Assembly (NCBI GenBank): GCA_045837725.1
Contig: JBEWZL010000030.1
Location: 372,001-436,000 of the forward strand
Origin: Vermamoeba vermiformis
Lineage: Eukaryota
DNA: 64,000 nt
Direction of reading: 5' to 3'
Part shown: one piece after another, positions 1 through 13,996 of the stretch
Numbering within the stretch: the stretch's first letter is position 1
Layout of the letters: the number at the start of each line of letters is the position of its first letter
Made by a program: the position numbers and the translations under genes
The notes under the pieces: generated by a model
What the model was told of the DNA's origin: nothing
Seen by the model: only the letters and a program-made list of their open reading frames with translations
Databases searched by the model: none

Positions 1-3000
1 CACGAGGGTACTGACGGTGCCTTGGCTGTCAACCTCAAGGGTCAATTGTTGTCCGTTGCTGTCAACCCTGCCACTATCGTTCCTTACATTGTCAACACTT
101 TGCAAGACTTCGAGTTGGCAAAGGCTGTCGCTTCTCGCGGCAACTTCCCTGGTGGTGAAGATTTGTTCAGACGTCAATTTGAGGCTTTGTTCAGAGCTGG
201 CCAATACGATCAAGCCGTCGCTGTTGCCGTCGAAGCTCCCGCCCTCAGAACCAAGCAAACTATTCAAATGTTCCAATCTCTTCCCACCGTCCCTGGCAAA
301 CAACCCTTCATTATGCAATACTTCCTCATGTTGTTGGAGCGCGGCAAGTTGAACAAGACTGAAGCTGTCGAATTGGCTCGCCCTGTTTTGCAACAAGGCC
401 GAAAGGATCTCGTCGAGAAGTGGATCAACGAAGACAAGGTAATTTTTAAATTCTTTTGTTATTTGCATCTAATTATCCTAAGTCGTATGATGATACACTT
501 CTATGATCTCTATGATTATAACTTACCTCCTACTCGAACTGAGACTTGAATATTTGAATTTCACACGATTTGTCAATCACAGAACAATCGACTAATAATT
601 TGCACTAGTTCGAAGCCAGTGAAGAATTGGGAGATTTGTGCCGCACTGCTGATCCCAAGCTTGCTTTGAGCGTCTACGTTCGCGCTGGAGCTCAAGACAA
701 GGTTATTCTTTTGTTGGCCGAGACTGGTCAATTCGTTGCCCTCGTCAAGTACGCTCAACAAAAGAACTACACTCCCGACTACATGGCCCTCTTGACTGCT
801 CTTGTCGTCAGCAACCCTGCCGGTGCTGCTGAATTCGCCAAGGTTTTGATGCTCAATGAGGCTGGCTCTTTGGTCGACAAGTCTGCCGTTCTTGACTTGT
901 TCATCAACAAGGGCAAGATTCAAGAAATCAGCACTGTCATGTTGGACGTCATGACTGGTGACAAGCCCGAAGATGGTGCTTTGCAAACCAAATTGCTCGA
1001 AGTCAACTTGTCTTACAACCCTGCCGCTGCTGACTTCATTTTGGGCCGCGGAATTTTCACTCGCTTCAACACCAAGCGCATTGCCGAGTTGTGCGAGAGC
1101 AAGGCTCTTTACTTGCGCGCTCTTGAGCTCTTCGATGACGCTCGTGACGCCCGTCGTGTCATTCAACAACACGGTGACACCATTGACAACAGCCAATTCT
1201 GGGTTGATTACTTTGCTCGCTGGGCTACCAACCCCACTGAAATGCTTGACTTGTTGCGCGACTTGTTGAAGAACAACTTGACCAAGAACTTGACCAACGC
1301 CGTCTTGATTGCCCAAAAGTACACTGCTCCTGACAAGCTCAACCCCAACACTGTCATCAAGTTGTTCGAGGAAGTTAACAGCAACGAGGGCAAGTTCATG
1401 TACTTGCAAGGCATCGTCGCTTTCACTCAAGACCCCGAGATTGTTTACAACTACATCGAGTCTGCTGCCAAGTCCGGTCAAATCAAGGAAGTCGAACGTG
1501 TCGTCCACGAGAACAACAGCTACGACGGTGCTCGTGTTCGTGACTTCTTGATGGAAGCCAGATTGCCCGATCAAATGCCTCTCATTATTGTTTGCAACAA
1601 GTTCAACTTCGTCAACGAGTTGACCAACTACCTCTACCGCAACGGTATGAAACAATACATTGAAGCCTACGTTCAAAACTTCCCCGTCAACACACCCGCT
1701 GTCGTTGGTGCTCTTTTGGACAATGAGGCCAACGAAGACTTCATTCGTGGCTTGCTCCAAACTGTTGGTGGCTTGTGCTCCGTCGAATTGTTGGTTGATG
1801 AAGTCGAGAAGCGCAACAAGTTGAAGATTTTGCAAGGTTGGTTGGAGAAGAGAGTCTCTGAAAGCAACAAGGAACCCGCCACTCACAACGCTTTGGCCAA
1901 GATCTACATCGATACTCAACGTGACGCTGAGGCCTTCTTGACCACCAACATGTTCTACGACAGCAAGGTCGTCGGCAAATACTGCGAGAGCCGCAACCCT
2001 AAGTTGGCTGTTGTTGCCTACAAGAGAGGCTTCTGCCACACTGAACTCATTGAAGTTACCAACGCCAATGGCTACTACACTTTGCAAGCCAAGTACCTCG
2101 TCGAACTTCAAAACTTTGAGCTCTGGCAACAAGCTCTTTCCAACGACAACACTCACCGTGATGCCGTTGTCGACGCTGTTATCAACACTGTCATCCCTGA
2201 AACCAAGAACACCGATCAAATCAAGGCTACCCTCAAGGCCTTCGGTCACATCCCCGACAAGCTCTTGTTGTTGTTGGAGAAGATTGTCTTGGGCAACACT
2301 GAATTCGGCAAGTTCGCCAAGCTCCAAAACTTGCTCATCGTCACTGCCGTCCGCTCTGAGCCCACCAAGGTTATGGACTATATTACCCGTTTGGATGCTT
2401 ACGACGGCATTGAAATCGCCGATGTTGCTCTCGGTGCTGGTTTGAACGAAGAGGCTTTCTTCATCTACCGCAAGATGGGCGAGCACGTCAAGGCTATCAA
2501 TGTCTTGTTGACCAAGATTCAAGACATTGAGCGTGCCACTGACTTCGCCGAACAAACTAAGCAACCTGAAGTCTTCACTGAACTCGCCAAGGCTGAATTG
2601 GCTAGCGGCAAGATCAAGGAAAGTATTGACGCTTACATCAAGGCCCAAGAGCCCAACAACTACAACGCCGTCATTGAGGCCGCCAAGAAGGCTGATTTGT
2701 ACGACGATTTGGTCAGATACTTGCAAATGGCCAGAAAGAAGGCTCGTGAGTGGAAGATCGAAACTGAGTTGGCTTACTCATTGGCCAAGATCAACAAGTT
2801 GAACGAGCTCACTGACTTCATCAGCGGACCTAACTACGCTCGTATCCAAGACGTCGGTGATCGCTGCTTCGAAGAAGGTTTGTACGAAGCTGCTCGCATT
2901 TTGTTCAGCAACAACAACAACCACTCCCGCTTGGCTGCTACTTTGGTCAAGTTGAAGCAATATGCCGCTGCTGTTGAAGCCGCCCGCAAGGACGGTGCCA

Positions 3001-4374
3001 TCAGCACTTGGAAGAACGTCTGCAAGGCTTGCGTTGAAGCCAAGGAATTCAAATTGGCTCACCAAGCTGGTCTCCACGTTATTGTTCAAGCCGACGAATT
3101 GGAGGACCTCATCCGATTCTACGAGCGACGAGGCTACTTCAACGAAATGTTGGAGCTCCTCGAAGACGGTTTGCACCAAGAGAATGCCCACCCATCCTTG
3201 AAGACTGAGTTGGCCATCCTCTACTCCAAGTACAGCCCTCAAAAGTTGATGAAGCACATCCAAGCTTACCACGACACTATCACGATCCCCAAGGTCGCCT
3301 CTGTTGTTGACAAGAACCAACAATGGAGCGAGTTGTGCTTCTTGTACACCAAGTACGGCGAGTTCGACAAGGCCATTAACTGCATGATCAAGCACTCTGC
3401 TGATGCTTGGGACCACATTACCTTCAAAGAGACCATCCTCCGTGTTTCTAACATCGACCTCTACGATGAGGGTCTCAAATTCTATGCTAACGAACAGCCC
3501 ACTTTGGTCAACGACTACTTGAAGACTATTGCCAATGTCGTCGAGAACCGTCGTGTCGTTTCTACTGCCAAGAAGAACGGCTACCTCGCTTTGATCAAGT
3601 CTTACTTGGAGTTCGCTCAAGAGAAGAACGTCCAAGAGATCAACGATGCCCTCAACGATTTGTACATTGAAGAAGAGGACTACGAGGCTCTTCGCAAGTC
3701 CGTTGATCTTTTCGACAACTTTGACAGCTTGTCTTTGGCCAAGAAGCTCAAGACCAACGAGCTCCTCGAGTTCCGACGCATCTCTGCCCACTTGTACAGA
3801 GTAAGTACCTTAGAGGCCGTTCATCCTTACTATCACGTGCTAACGGCTTTGTTATTAGCGTAATGGCCACTGGGCTGAGGCTTTGGAAATCTCAAAGGCT
3901 GACAAGCTTGACGAGGAGTCCGTGAAGACTGCTGCCGAGTCCAACAACACCGAAGTTGCCGAGGACTTGTTGCGATACTTTGTCCAGACCAAGAACTCTC
4001 ACAGCTTCGCCGCTGCGTTGTTCACTTGCTACGACTTGGTCCGCCCCGACGTTGTTTTGGAGTTGGCTTGGGAGAGCAAGATGATCGACTTTGCTATGCC
4101 TTACATGATCCAATTTGTTCGCGAGTACACTACCAAGGTCGACAAGTTGGAGAAGGCTTTGCAGTTCCAACAACAGCCTATGATGGTTGTTCCTAACATG
4201 ACCAACGCTCCTTTCGCATCCAACCAAGGAGTGGCAATGCAACAATTGTTCGCCACGAACCCTAACCCTGGCGTCGTTCCTCCTCAAATGACCGGTCAAC
4301 CCATGCCTCCTCAAATGATGGGACAACAATTCGGTCAATTCCAAGGTGCTCCTCAACAGTTCTTCCACCAATAA
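1..4374 (+). CDS. CHC1: Clathrin heavy chain (5' end lies outside the window; exons ~1-438, 610-3800, 3859-4374)
   Basis: Clathrin motifs ELARPVLQQGRKDLVEKW, EPATHNALAKIYID, LQNLLIVTA, CYDLVRPDVVLELAW, DFAMPYMIQ; GT-AG introns; strong codon bias. Confidence 0.98.
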
Positions 4375-4845
4375 GCGAGATCTTGGAACAACACTTTTTT
4401 GCTGTATTAATCGATAAATAATATAAAAATCTATTTAAAATAGTTTAGTGTGAACTAGGATCGTGGTGCAGCGCTGTCGTACAAAAAAAGTTGGCAAATT
4501 TCAAAACTTAATTTTGGTTTTCATTGAGATCCAGCGGCACGCGAAGACTTGGCGCGACTTCTTGCACACCATTACGATATTATTGTTGTAACTAGACACC
4601 ACAAGTCTACTATTTATTTAGACTTAGAAGAAGACATAAAGAGCCGCATTAACTTGGTAGAGGCGAAATCGATCTGTCTGCGATCCACTTCTCAGTGTTT
4701 TGCTAAAAATCTAAAAAATACAATTTAGCACCGCCAAATACTATTTTTAAATAGTGTAGGTATTAAAATTCATTTCTAAATGGTGTAGTATTTATTCACT
4801 AACGTTTTGTAAATACTGACAGGATTTAAAAACAAGGTTCTGCAA

Positions 4846-6926
4846 ATGAGTAATTCAACTGAATCAAAGAACCAAAATACAGGTATGTTTTGTATAATTT
4901 ATATCTCTGGTTTAAACTCATTGACGTCTCCAAACTGTTTTATGAAATCCGTTCCTCCTTTTCGCCGCGTTTTCCTATTTACAAATCATAATTATAACTT
5001 GATCGGTCGTAAATTAGCACTTATATTTGGAGACTACAAATCATTGTTTACAGCAACGTTAAACGGATTTGCCATACTCATCATTCCTATTCTATATAAA
5101 TATTATAGCCTTAGAACTAGCCCGCAAGGCTTACGGAATATCAAATAATGCGAAAGAAATAGCAAACAAAATAACAGAGACCGAAACTTTTGATGCGATC
5201 TCTGGATCTCCCAGTGAACCGCTCAAAAGTTTTATATACGAACCATTAATATCCCCATTGATTGCATTGCTAAGTACCTTTAAAGTTGTAACTTTGCGTG
5301 CCTTCGATCATATTCTCGCGTCGGCTATTGGCGGTACACTGACGGCTTTGTCTGGTAAGTCTTATTTCCATCAGATCGCTCAGAAATTTACAAAATTAAT
5401 TATTTTATCGAATTACTAATAATAACATATTGCAAATAATGCCATTTCATAAAGGCGCCTTTCTACAATTCGAAAGTCGATCGCAAGTTAACGGAGAAGA
5501 AACCGGTCATTTTTCCGTTTCGCCGATTACTTAAATAATTATAATCGTATTAATTTAATTACCTTTGATTATCGACATTCGTCATAATCGGAGTTGACTC
5601 CGTTCATGAAACTATTATCAATCGGAAGTAGCGATCCTGGTTTATTTTCATCTGCGCAACAGCAAATATTAACGAGCTAATTATTAATATTTCCTTATTT
5701 AGTAACGCCACTCGATGTCGTTAAAGTCAGACTACAAGCACAAGTGGATCCGCGACATGCCAAACCACTGCCTGCTCAAACAGTTCCGCTGAGCACTGCT
5801 GCACATCCAGTGCGACTTAACGGCACTATTGTAAGTCAATAATGTTCTATACTTTATGCTAAAGAGTCATTTGGATCTTGGACTAACATTCGCGTTCTCA
5901 GGATGCGATTTTCAAAATAGCTCGACTTGAAGGAGTGACGTCATTGTGGCGTGGATTGGTGCCAACACTCGTCATGACAGTGCCAGGCGTGGCGCTCTAC
6001 TTCACCTCGTACGAGAAGTTCAAAGCGGAACTCAGCGGACTCGGTCACTTGACACCACTCGTGGCCGGAGCTGCAGCCAGAACTTTGACTGCGACCCTCA
6101 CGTCACCTTTAGAGCTGTTTAGAACAAACATTCAATCACATAATAGGAATATAAGTAAGTCTTATAATCTTGAAAAATATCGCTGAACTCACCCTCGAAC
6201 AATTTTTTCGTGGATCTGTTTTTGAATATCAATTGAAATGAAACGTTTCGTCGTTAAAAATTCAATACTTATACTCGTGCTATTTTTAGGTGCACTTACT
6301 TTGGCGAAACAGATCGTCTCACAAGGCAAATTTTCACATCTGTGGATCGGTCTCGGTCCTACATTGTTCAGAGATGTGCCATTCTCGAGCATATATTGGG
6401 GTCTATATGAATTCACTAAGCATCAATTAGTCACAAAAAGACACATAGAAAATCAAAATCAGATGAAGCATAGATTGAGCGACGGATCTGAACCAAAAGT
6501 CATTCGCACATTTTACGACACATTTTTGATTCCATTTATCTCTGGTGCCACTGCAGGCGCCATTGCGGCGACAGTCACAGTACCATTTGATGTTATTAAG
6601 ACACGCATGCAAATGGATGTTGATTTGCACGGTCGAGTAAGTCATGACCTTTGTCTGACCCGTACTTTGATACTAATTTTTTGCCTTAGAAAACACAATC
6701 GGCTTTGCAATTGTTCCGCCAAGTAGCGAAGAACGAGGGTATGCGCGGCCTAATGAAGGGCGCTGTGCCTCGTGCAACACGTGTCGCTCCAGCGTGTGCG
6801 ATAATGATCAGCTCGTACGAACTGTTTTCAAGATTTTTGTTGAAGAGGAAAAAAGCAGAAGAAGAAAAGAAGAGAAATATGAATAGTAGTGATAGTATCT
6901 CTAGTGTTAATAATACTCGGGCTTGA
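4846..6926 (+). CDS. Mitochondrial carrier, SLC25A39/40 (Mtm1)-like, multi-exon
   Basis: Three carrier repeats with PxDxxKxR-type motifs (TPLDVVKVRLQ, SPLELFRT, VPFDVIKTRMQ); LWRGLVPTLVMTVP, TLFRDVPFSSIYW, RVAPACAIMISSYE. Confidence 0.9.
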
Positions 6927-7084
6927 AAACATTGTTTGATACAAAAATAAAACTTGTAAATATTTACTGCGAAAACTAGTAATTTTAACAACAAGGGGCT
7001 CTTCTAAGATCTTCTTACGCAATTGAAGATCGGATTCAGCACGGGTTATGATACGAATTATTGGCCCTGTTAGGCCATTGCATA

Positions 7085-8646
7085 TCACTCGTAGTCCATT
7101 CGCAGATCTGTCTCAAGGTGCTCCGTAATAGGCTGAATAGCTTCCATCAAATCTCCGAACAGGTTGGCTGGTAAATTTTGCTTGAATCTAACACCGTTGA
7201 TTTGAATCTGAACTGTTCTTCGTCCTTGAAATTCTTCGTCTGAATCATTTTCTTCATCGTCATCTTCACTGCCACTTCTTTCTTCATTTTCAAGATCGGA
7301 CCCCAAGTTATCAGCGCTAGTCTCGTCTTCCATTTCCGACGATTTCTTTTGCATGAACTTAATCATTTCTTTTGATTTGAGGAATTTTTCAACCTCAACG
7401 AAGGTTTTATCGACAAATGAAGGAGTGAGTTGGAGCGACCGAATTTGTTGGTTCTTGCAAGACTTCAACGAATCTATCTCGAAAGAATATCCAATGAGGT
7501 GCCCTGTGCATTTTGCAATTAGTTTGTATTGCTATTGCGGTGGCCGCAAAGGTGCATTGAACAGTTACCTGAATCGTTGAAGGATAGATCAAAGCCTTCG
7601 CCATCTCTTGCTTCTCGGCGCTATTAATATTTCTATCGTAAGTCCAAACCCTAACCCTCGGAACTTCAAAAAACTACTTTACAGTAATAAGACTTACGTA
7701 TTCAATTTTAAATGATTTCTGTTGTTTGCTTTCCATAAAGGGTATTTCTTTGAAATAATCGCGTAGTTTGATGGCACATAAGGCATATTTAAGTCGTGTC
7801 ACCTGTCACCAAAAAAACGTCAATTTTGGAAGCTCTCAAAGCTACCAGTAATAATGAAATAAATCAGTGCATAGTATACCATTTCTTCCTCGAAAAATTT
7901 CCAGCTATTTTGGGGATCTGAATTCGTTGAGAGAAAGCTGCCGATCTGAGTGCTGTCTATTGGTCCCTTTGTTGAGTAGTATTTATCTTGATGATCAATT
8001 TCAATATAAAAGGAGACATTACTGTGTTGTAAGTCAAAGAACGGATCGTCTTTGTTTTGTTCAATTAATTCCGCAAACTTCGATGGTTCCTTCGTGTTCA
8101 TTATTCCTAACACTTCATTATAAACGTTGATAAATTTAAAGCGATCTTCGAACATTTTTTGAGCAGTTTCAGATTTTTCGTCGCTTGATCCCTTTGTCCT
8201 GCAACATTAATGTCAGAAATTCAAGCTCAAATTAATATTTGAAGAACGAAGTACCGAATAGCACGTTCAGATGATTTGACCGCAGTACCGTCACCTCTGA
8301 TCGTGTAAGTAACATGTCTCTCTCTGCCTTTTTCTTCCCCATGACCGTAGATAGCATAAGAGAGTTCTATTGCCTTATCAACTGTTTTAGCCACCTAAAA
8401 GTTATAGCTCGTTAATAAATTATCGGTTAGGAATTTTTTTCCGCTTACCAGCGCCTTGATCTGCTTACAAGTGCATGCAAGAGCTTGCATTACAATAGTA
8501 TTGGGGCACACTAATACGATATTTTCGATAATTTCTGGAGGGAGAACTTCCTAAGTAATAATGACATTATAAATATCGCGATTAAGAAATTAGGACGTCG
8601 TGATTACCTCAAAAATTTTCCTCTTCTTTGTCGCTCGTTCTTCCAT
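7085..8646 (-). CDS. F-box protein, tandem family copy 1
   Basis: Exon 1 MEERATKKRKIFE, exon 2 F-box-like EVLPPEIIENIVLVCPN..LACTCKQI; conserved RLKxALCA exon; acidic C-terminus shared with paralogs. Confidence 0.8.
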
Positions 8647-8881
8647 GGCATAAATACTGGCTGCCAATAAAAATACAACAATGAACTGCCGACAGCTTGT
8701 GCACCCAATCACAAAATCAAGCAATTTAGTATGGTAAATTTCTAGTTGGACAGTACGCGTGGACCATATACGGAACCGTCATATCATTATACGTCAAAAA
8801 TGAATGACTTGACCGTGGAAGTTCACTCTTTATTTTAAAGATTTTCGTTGGCGCGAAAAATCCAAGACGCGTGACACGTTG

Positions 8882-10756
8882 TCAGTACTCGAAATTAAGG
8901 CCGAGCGGCAGTGTCACGAGTGCCAAAGTGTCCATCAGTCCCGCGAGGTCTTTATTGGACATTTCTCTGTAGGTGTATTGCGTGCCATTCAACTCAATCT
9001 CCACTACTCGGCAACGCTTTTTTTTGTCGCTTTGTTCGTCTTTTTCATTACTATTCTCCTTGCCACACTCCTCTCTAGTACTCTTATCATTCAATTCTTC
9101 GTCTTGCTCGGTATTATTGGCTTTATTTTTGCTCTTACGATCATTCTCGTCCTCGCCACTGCTACTGGTCTTGTTGTAATTGTTCTCTTTTTCATCCTCA
9201 TTTTCACTCCTTGACGAGCTGCTGCTACCTGATTGGTCGACTGACAATTTCTTGACGATACATTTAGATTTTACTTTCGTGCGGATGTAGGCTCCAACGT
9301 TTTTCAACACGTGTTTCAATAACGAAGGTCTATACTGAATCGCTGCATATTCTGTGTCGTATCTAGCGTCCCAGTGACGATCGGTCCAATCGGTTTTTCG
9401 GCCATTTACGTAGCCTTGGAAAGTTTTAGTTCGGGAGACAGATCCACATCCGCACCAGACAGAATTTCGTACCTGTATCAAAGCAATATAATTCCCAACT
9501 ATCATGGCTGATCTCGTCGTTACCCTATAATACTGTTATTTCTTCTGTTGGCCGAGGAAAATAGAATTATATCTTTTTGCTCGATCGTGTTGAACTTACG
9601 CAACGAACGATGACTTTATCACCAAATTCTCGCTTTGTTCGAATTTTCTTGTAAAATTTCTTGACTAAAAGGGCACATAACGAACACTTAAGTCGCTTTG
9701 TCTGAAGATCCGACAAAAAAGTTGATTAGATTTTATCGTTAGTTCTACGAACTATCGTGTATGATGTATTTACCACCAATTCATCTAGATTCCACCAATT
9801 TTCTCGTCTTTTAGTATCAAGATCCGGATCTTCGTCTTCAGATTCGTCTTCCTCAGATGTGATAGTCTTTCCATTGCTTATATCTTCATTCTTATAAGTG
9901 TATCTTATTCGTTTAGTATCAACTTGAACGTCAAATAAGACTTTATCGAGCGTCACCGAGAATAGCAGATGCCATTTGAGTTTGTATTTCCCTTTCCACG
10001 CAATAATAGTTTCTAAGAAAAGTTCCTTTAATTTGGCTTTATCTGTCATATTCATAATATTCAATAGCTTAGAAATGAGTTTATCGACCTTGGCGCGATC
10101 CTCGAGCTTTTGTTGAATTGTTTGAATTTCTCGTAGTCGTCGTCTCGACATCCCCTCTCGCGAACTGCGTTTTTAAAAATTAGTAACATTTTACGTAACA
10201 ACGCGCTTGTTATAACATACTTTCGACTAAATTTTGTCTTTTTAATGGCGCATCCGTTCCCCTTAATGACGTACTCCGCGGTAGTTTTTTCTTTTGAATT
10301 TCCGCTTACTTTAAACAACTGAAAACGAACGATTATGCTTTTCTTGAGTATATTGGATACCTAAATAATTCAGATTAATATCAAAAACACTAAGGCATTA
10401 AGTTGTAATTACCAGCGCATTGATCTGCTTACATGTGCACGCTAAAGACTCCAACGTGATCGTATTCGTGCAATAAAGCAGAATATTTTCGATCATTTCT
10501 GCTGGAAGGAGCTCCTAGCATTAATAATTAATTAATAATCATGATTATTAAAATTAATTCCAACATATCATTTTTTTATTTTACGCAACAGTAATTATCC
10601 TTCGTATTGCAATCCTCGCTAATATTAAAATTGATTTATTTATTTTGGGTATTTTAGGATTAATTAATATCGCTTGTTCAGCAGCTTAGTTCAGATGTGC
10701 ACGCAGTTTACCTGGAACAGCTTCCGTTTCTTCGTGGGTCTAGTATCATCTTCCAT
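8882..10756 (-). CDS. F-box protein, tandem family copy 2
   Basis: MEDDTRPTKKRKLFQ, ELLPAEMIENILL..LACTCKQI, same exon layout as paralogs. Confidence 0.8.
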
Positions 10757-11156
10757 TTTCGAAACTAAAGGTTCGCATATTAAAATAAATTGTGGCTGTC
10801 ACCTTTATGACTAAAAAAAGTTCGATCGTGATCAAAAATCAATTTTATTGCAGGACTGTGGTCAATCAGGAGTTAATTATTATTGACAACTATTGTATCA
10901 TCTTCACACAGACTACGCCTAGAGGTTTGGTGATTGGCTCAAGAATCACCAAAGACTTTTCTGAACAAATTCTTTCAGATGCAATCGACTGAAATTCAGT
11001 CGCGCTTATCTGCAATGTCATAAACAGCTCTTCATGCACTTGTACTTCCATTTACCTTAGTAGGCATATTATGAATAAGTTGTGGTTGTTTTTGCGCGGT
11101 AAACGATAATTGGTGGAGATTCTCCTGACGGAAGTTTAAAGCGATGTTTTCCTTTA

Positions 11157-12991
11157 TTAGTAAGTGAAGTCAAGGCCAAGTGAGTGTGTAACGGGTACTA
11201 CAATGTTCATCAGACCCGCGAACTCATGTTCGGACAATTGTTTGCACGTGCTCTTCGTGCCGTTCAACACAACCTCCAAGGATCTGCGACGCTCATTTTC
11301 ATCTTGTTTGCTGCCAGAGCTACTGTTATCTTCATTATTACTATTGTCTTCGTTATTGCTATCTTCTCTATCATTTTCATCTTCGTCTTCATTACTATTG
11401 TCTTCTGTACTACAACCAGCGGATGCACCACCATTTTTATTTCTTTTTTCGGCCAGATCCGGGTTTATTTTTTTCTTAGTTTTGAGAGATTTCAAGGTAC
11501 TAATATACTTCTCAATCTCGTCGAATATAGGTTTCATTATGGACGGTCTATATTGAATTGTTTCAATGTGTCGATCATCTACAAAATTCCATTGCCGATC
11601 ACTCCAATCAACGTGCATACCAGTTACATAGCCTTAAATGGACATTAGTTTATTGCTATGCGTAATAATAGCGTCATATAATTAAATTGTCAGATGCGAT
11701 CCACTTTTTGACTCGTACCTGTATCGCTGCAATGGAGTTCCCAACCTTCGTTATCAACATCGTCGTTACCCTGTAATATATTTAAGCGTTATTGTTTGCG
11801 CAAAACGAATTTGAAGAGGCACTAGCATTGACTTAAGAAATCGGATGGGGTTTTGAAGGCTGATCTGTCGCACTTACGTATCGAATACTAATAGAATTAT
11901 TTCCTTCGACTCCAAACTCAATTTTTTTGAAAAATTTCTTCACTTTAAGCGCACACAACGCACATTTTAGTCGCTTGATCTGCGATCGGCAAAAAAAGTC
12001 GATTAGAAAGTTATATTCGTCGTATTTAATATCAAATAGATCTTTCATACCAATATATCATCTAGATGGTCCCAATCTTCGCGGGTTTCAGTGTCAAGAT
12101 CCCGATCTTCATCGATTATGTCCTCCGCATCCTTCTTTTTGTGTTTTTTTTTGTTCGAACCGCTGTCCGTATCTTCATTCTTATATAAGTATCCTAATTG
12201 GTGATTATTGACTTTAATTTCGAATAAGGCTTTGTCCAACGCAAACCCGAATAGCTTATCATTTTCATATTTCTTTATAATTTCTTCGAATTTGGCTTTA
12301 TCTGTCATATTCATTATATTTAATAGCCTAGCAACGAGTTTATCGAACTTTGCGCGGTCGTTGAGCTTTTTTTGAATTGTTTGAATTTTTTCTTTAGAGC
12401 TGCCTGGTGAACTGCTGAAAAGTTAGTCGCGTTTATGATTAGTATATATATTTATAACGTGCCTCCACGTATATTTGGAGTTTTTGATGGCATCGCCGTT
12501 GCCTTTAATTGTATACTTTACTGAGGTTTTTTCTTTTACGTGATTCAGATCAAACAACTGAAAACGAACGATTATGCTTTTCTCGAACATATTCGATACC
12601 TAAATAATTTATATAAATAGTTGTAAGCAATAAATCATTTGTTATTGATTACCAGCGCATTGATCTGTTTGCACGTGCACGCCAAGGATTCAAGCGTCGT
12701 GTTAGGGCACTGCAATATTATATTTTCAATAATTTCAGCCGGGAGAACGTCCTTTTAGTAAATACAAATAATTTAATTAGTACAGTCATCTAAAAATTAT
12801 CTAAAATCCCAAATAAATTTGGGTCAATTTTTACAGGCACAATAATTATGCATTCGTTTATAAATGCACGATTTAATTAATTCGGCGCAAAAAGGAATTT
12901 TTCTGGTGCATTCCGGATGTGACAGGTCGAAAGGCCCTTCAATTACCTGGAACAGCTTTCGCTTTTTTGCCGATCTAGTATCTTCTTCCAT
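11157..12991 (-). CDS. F-box protein, tandem family copy 3
   Basis: MEEDTRSAKKRKLFQ, DVLPAEIIENIIL..LACTCKQI, IKRLKCALCA. Confidence 0.8.
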
Positions 12992-13996
12992 AAAGTAATG
13001 TTTAACAAAAATGTCCTTGTGCTGTGGTGCGTTTTTAAACAAAATCAACTTTTGTTGTCTTAACTAGTTAAAGAAGTCTCATGCATGTTGGGAGTATCTA
13101 CAAAGACTGATCACTGTGCCACAGATCCTTGAGGAGACTTCTCAGTGCTTTCAAGTCGTGTACACACCACTCACTTGAGCCTCTAATTGACACAGGTGTA
13201 TGATTGACAGCTGTCACAGGAGAGGCATTGACATGTGATTTTGGTTCAGCAACATTGGTGCCAATTGACTTGGCCAGGTGTTGCTCTGATTTGACAGGTG
13301 TCACACTGTTTCTGTTTACTCCATTTTCATACTTGATGGGCTTGTCTTTGACACGTGTCTTTTTGTTGACATACAATTGCATGCTTACTCAGACTGGAGT
13401 GCTGAGACGATTGATTTTCACTGAATATGACCACCAATTGACATGTCACATCACACACTTCAGTTTGACACCGCTGATGACCCTGGTAGAGTGTGGCTAT
13501 TGGGGCAATGACAAAGGTAATTTTGTATCACGACCAAATTTGGCAACAACTCTTAACTGAACACAAAGGCCACCCCAATGACCTTCTATTCACTTTCCTA
13601 ATAGGAGAGGCAAGTCACCTGATGAGCTGCCAAACCCTGCTCTTCAATAGCAAATTACTCACTTTGGACAAATGAAGTTCACCATGAAGAACTTCCCGTA
13701 CAGCTATCAGTCGAGTGCAGGCAGTGACACTTTGACATGTGTCACTGAATACGACAGCATGCAGTGTTATGACCCACTGATGACACTTGTCATTTTCGGA
13801 TATCTGATGGATCAGTTTGTGACAAGCGTCAAAACCAATCAAGCACTCAAGGCTGCAACTGATCATGTGACTGACCAGGAAGAGTATTATTTGGTCATCA
13901 CTGCATTCCAATATGCCACCAATACAACTCCAACATGCAACCCCCCTGTGAAGTATCACCAACATGGAGACCCACTACCAATCTTATTGATGTAAG

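Noticed and set aside
573-3791. Long antisense ORFs (717 aa, 337 aa) opposite clathrin
   Set aside because: Shadow ORFs caused by the strong codon bias of the sense gene
8879-11648. Hydrophobic or Ser/Leu-rich + strand ORFs opposite the F-box acidic tails
   Set aside because: Antisense reading of GAA/GAT/AAT-rich low-complexity exons
13098-13995. Several 60-118 aa ORFs in the CpG-poor block
   Set aside because: Overlapping on both strands, with no motifs or splice structure
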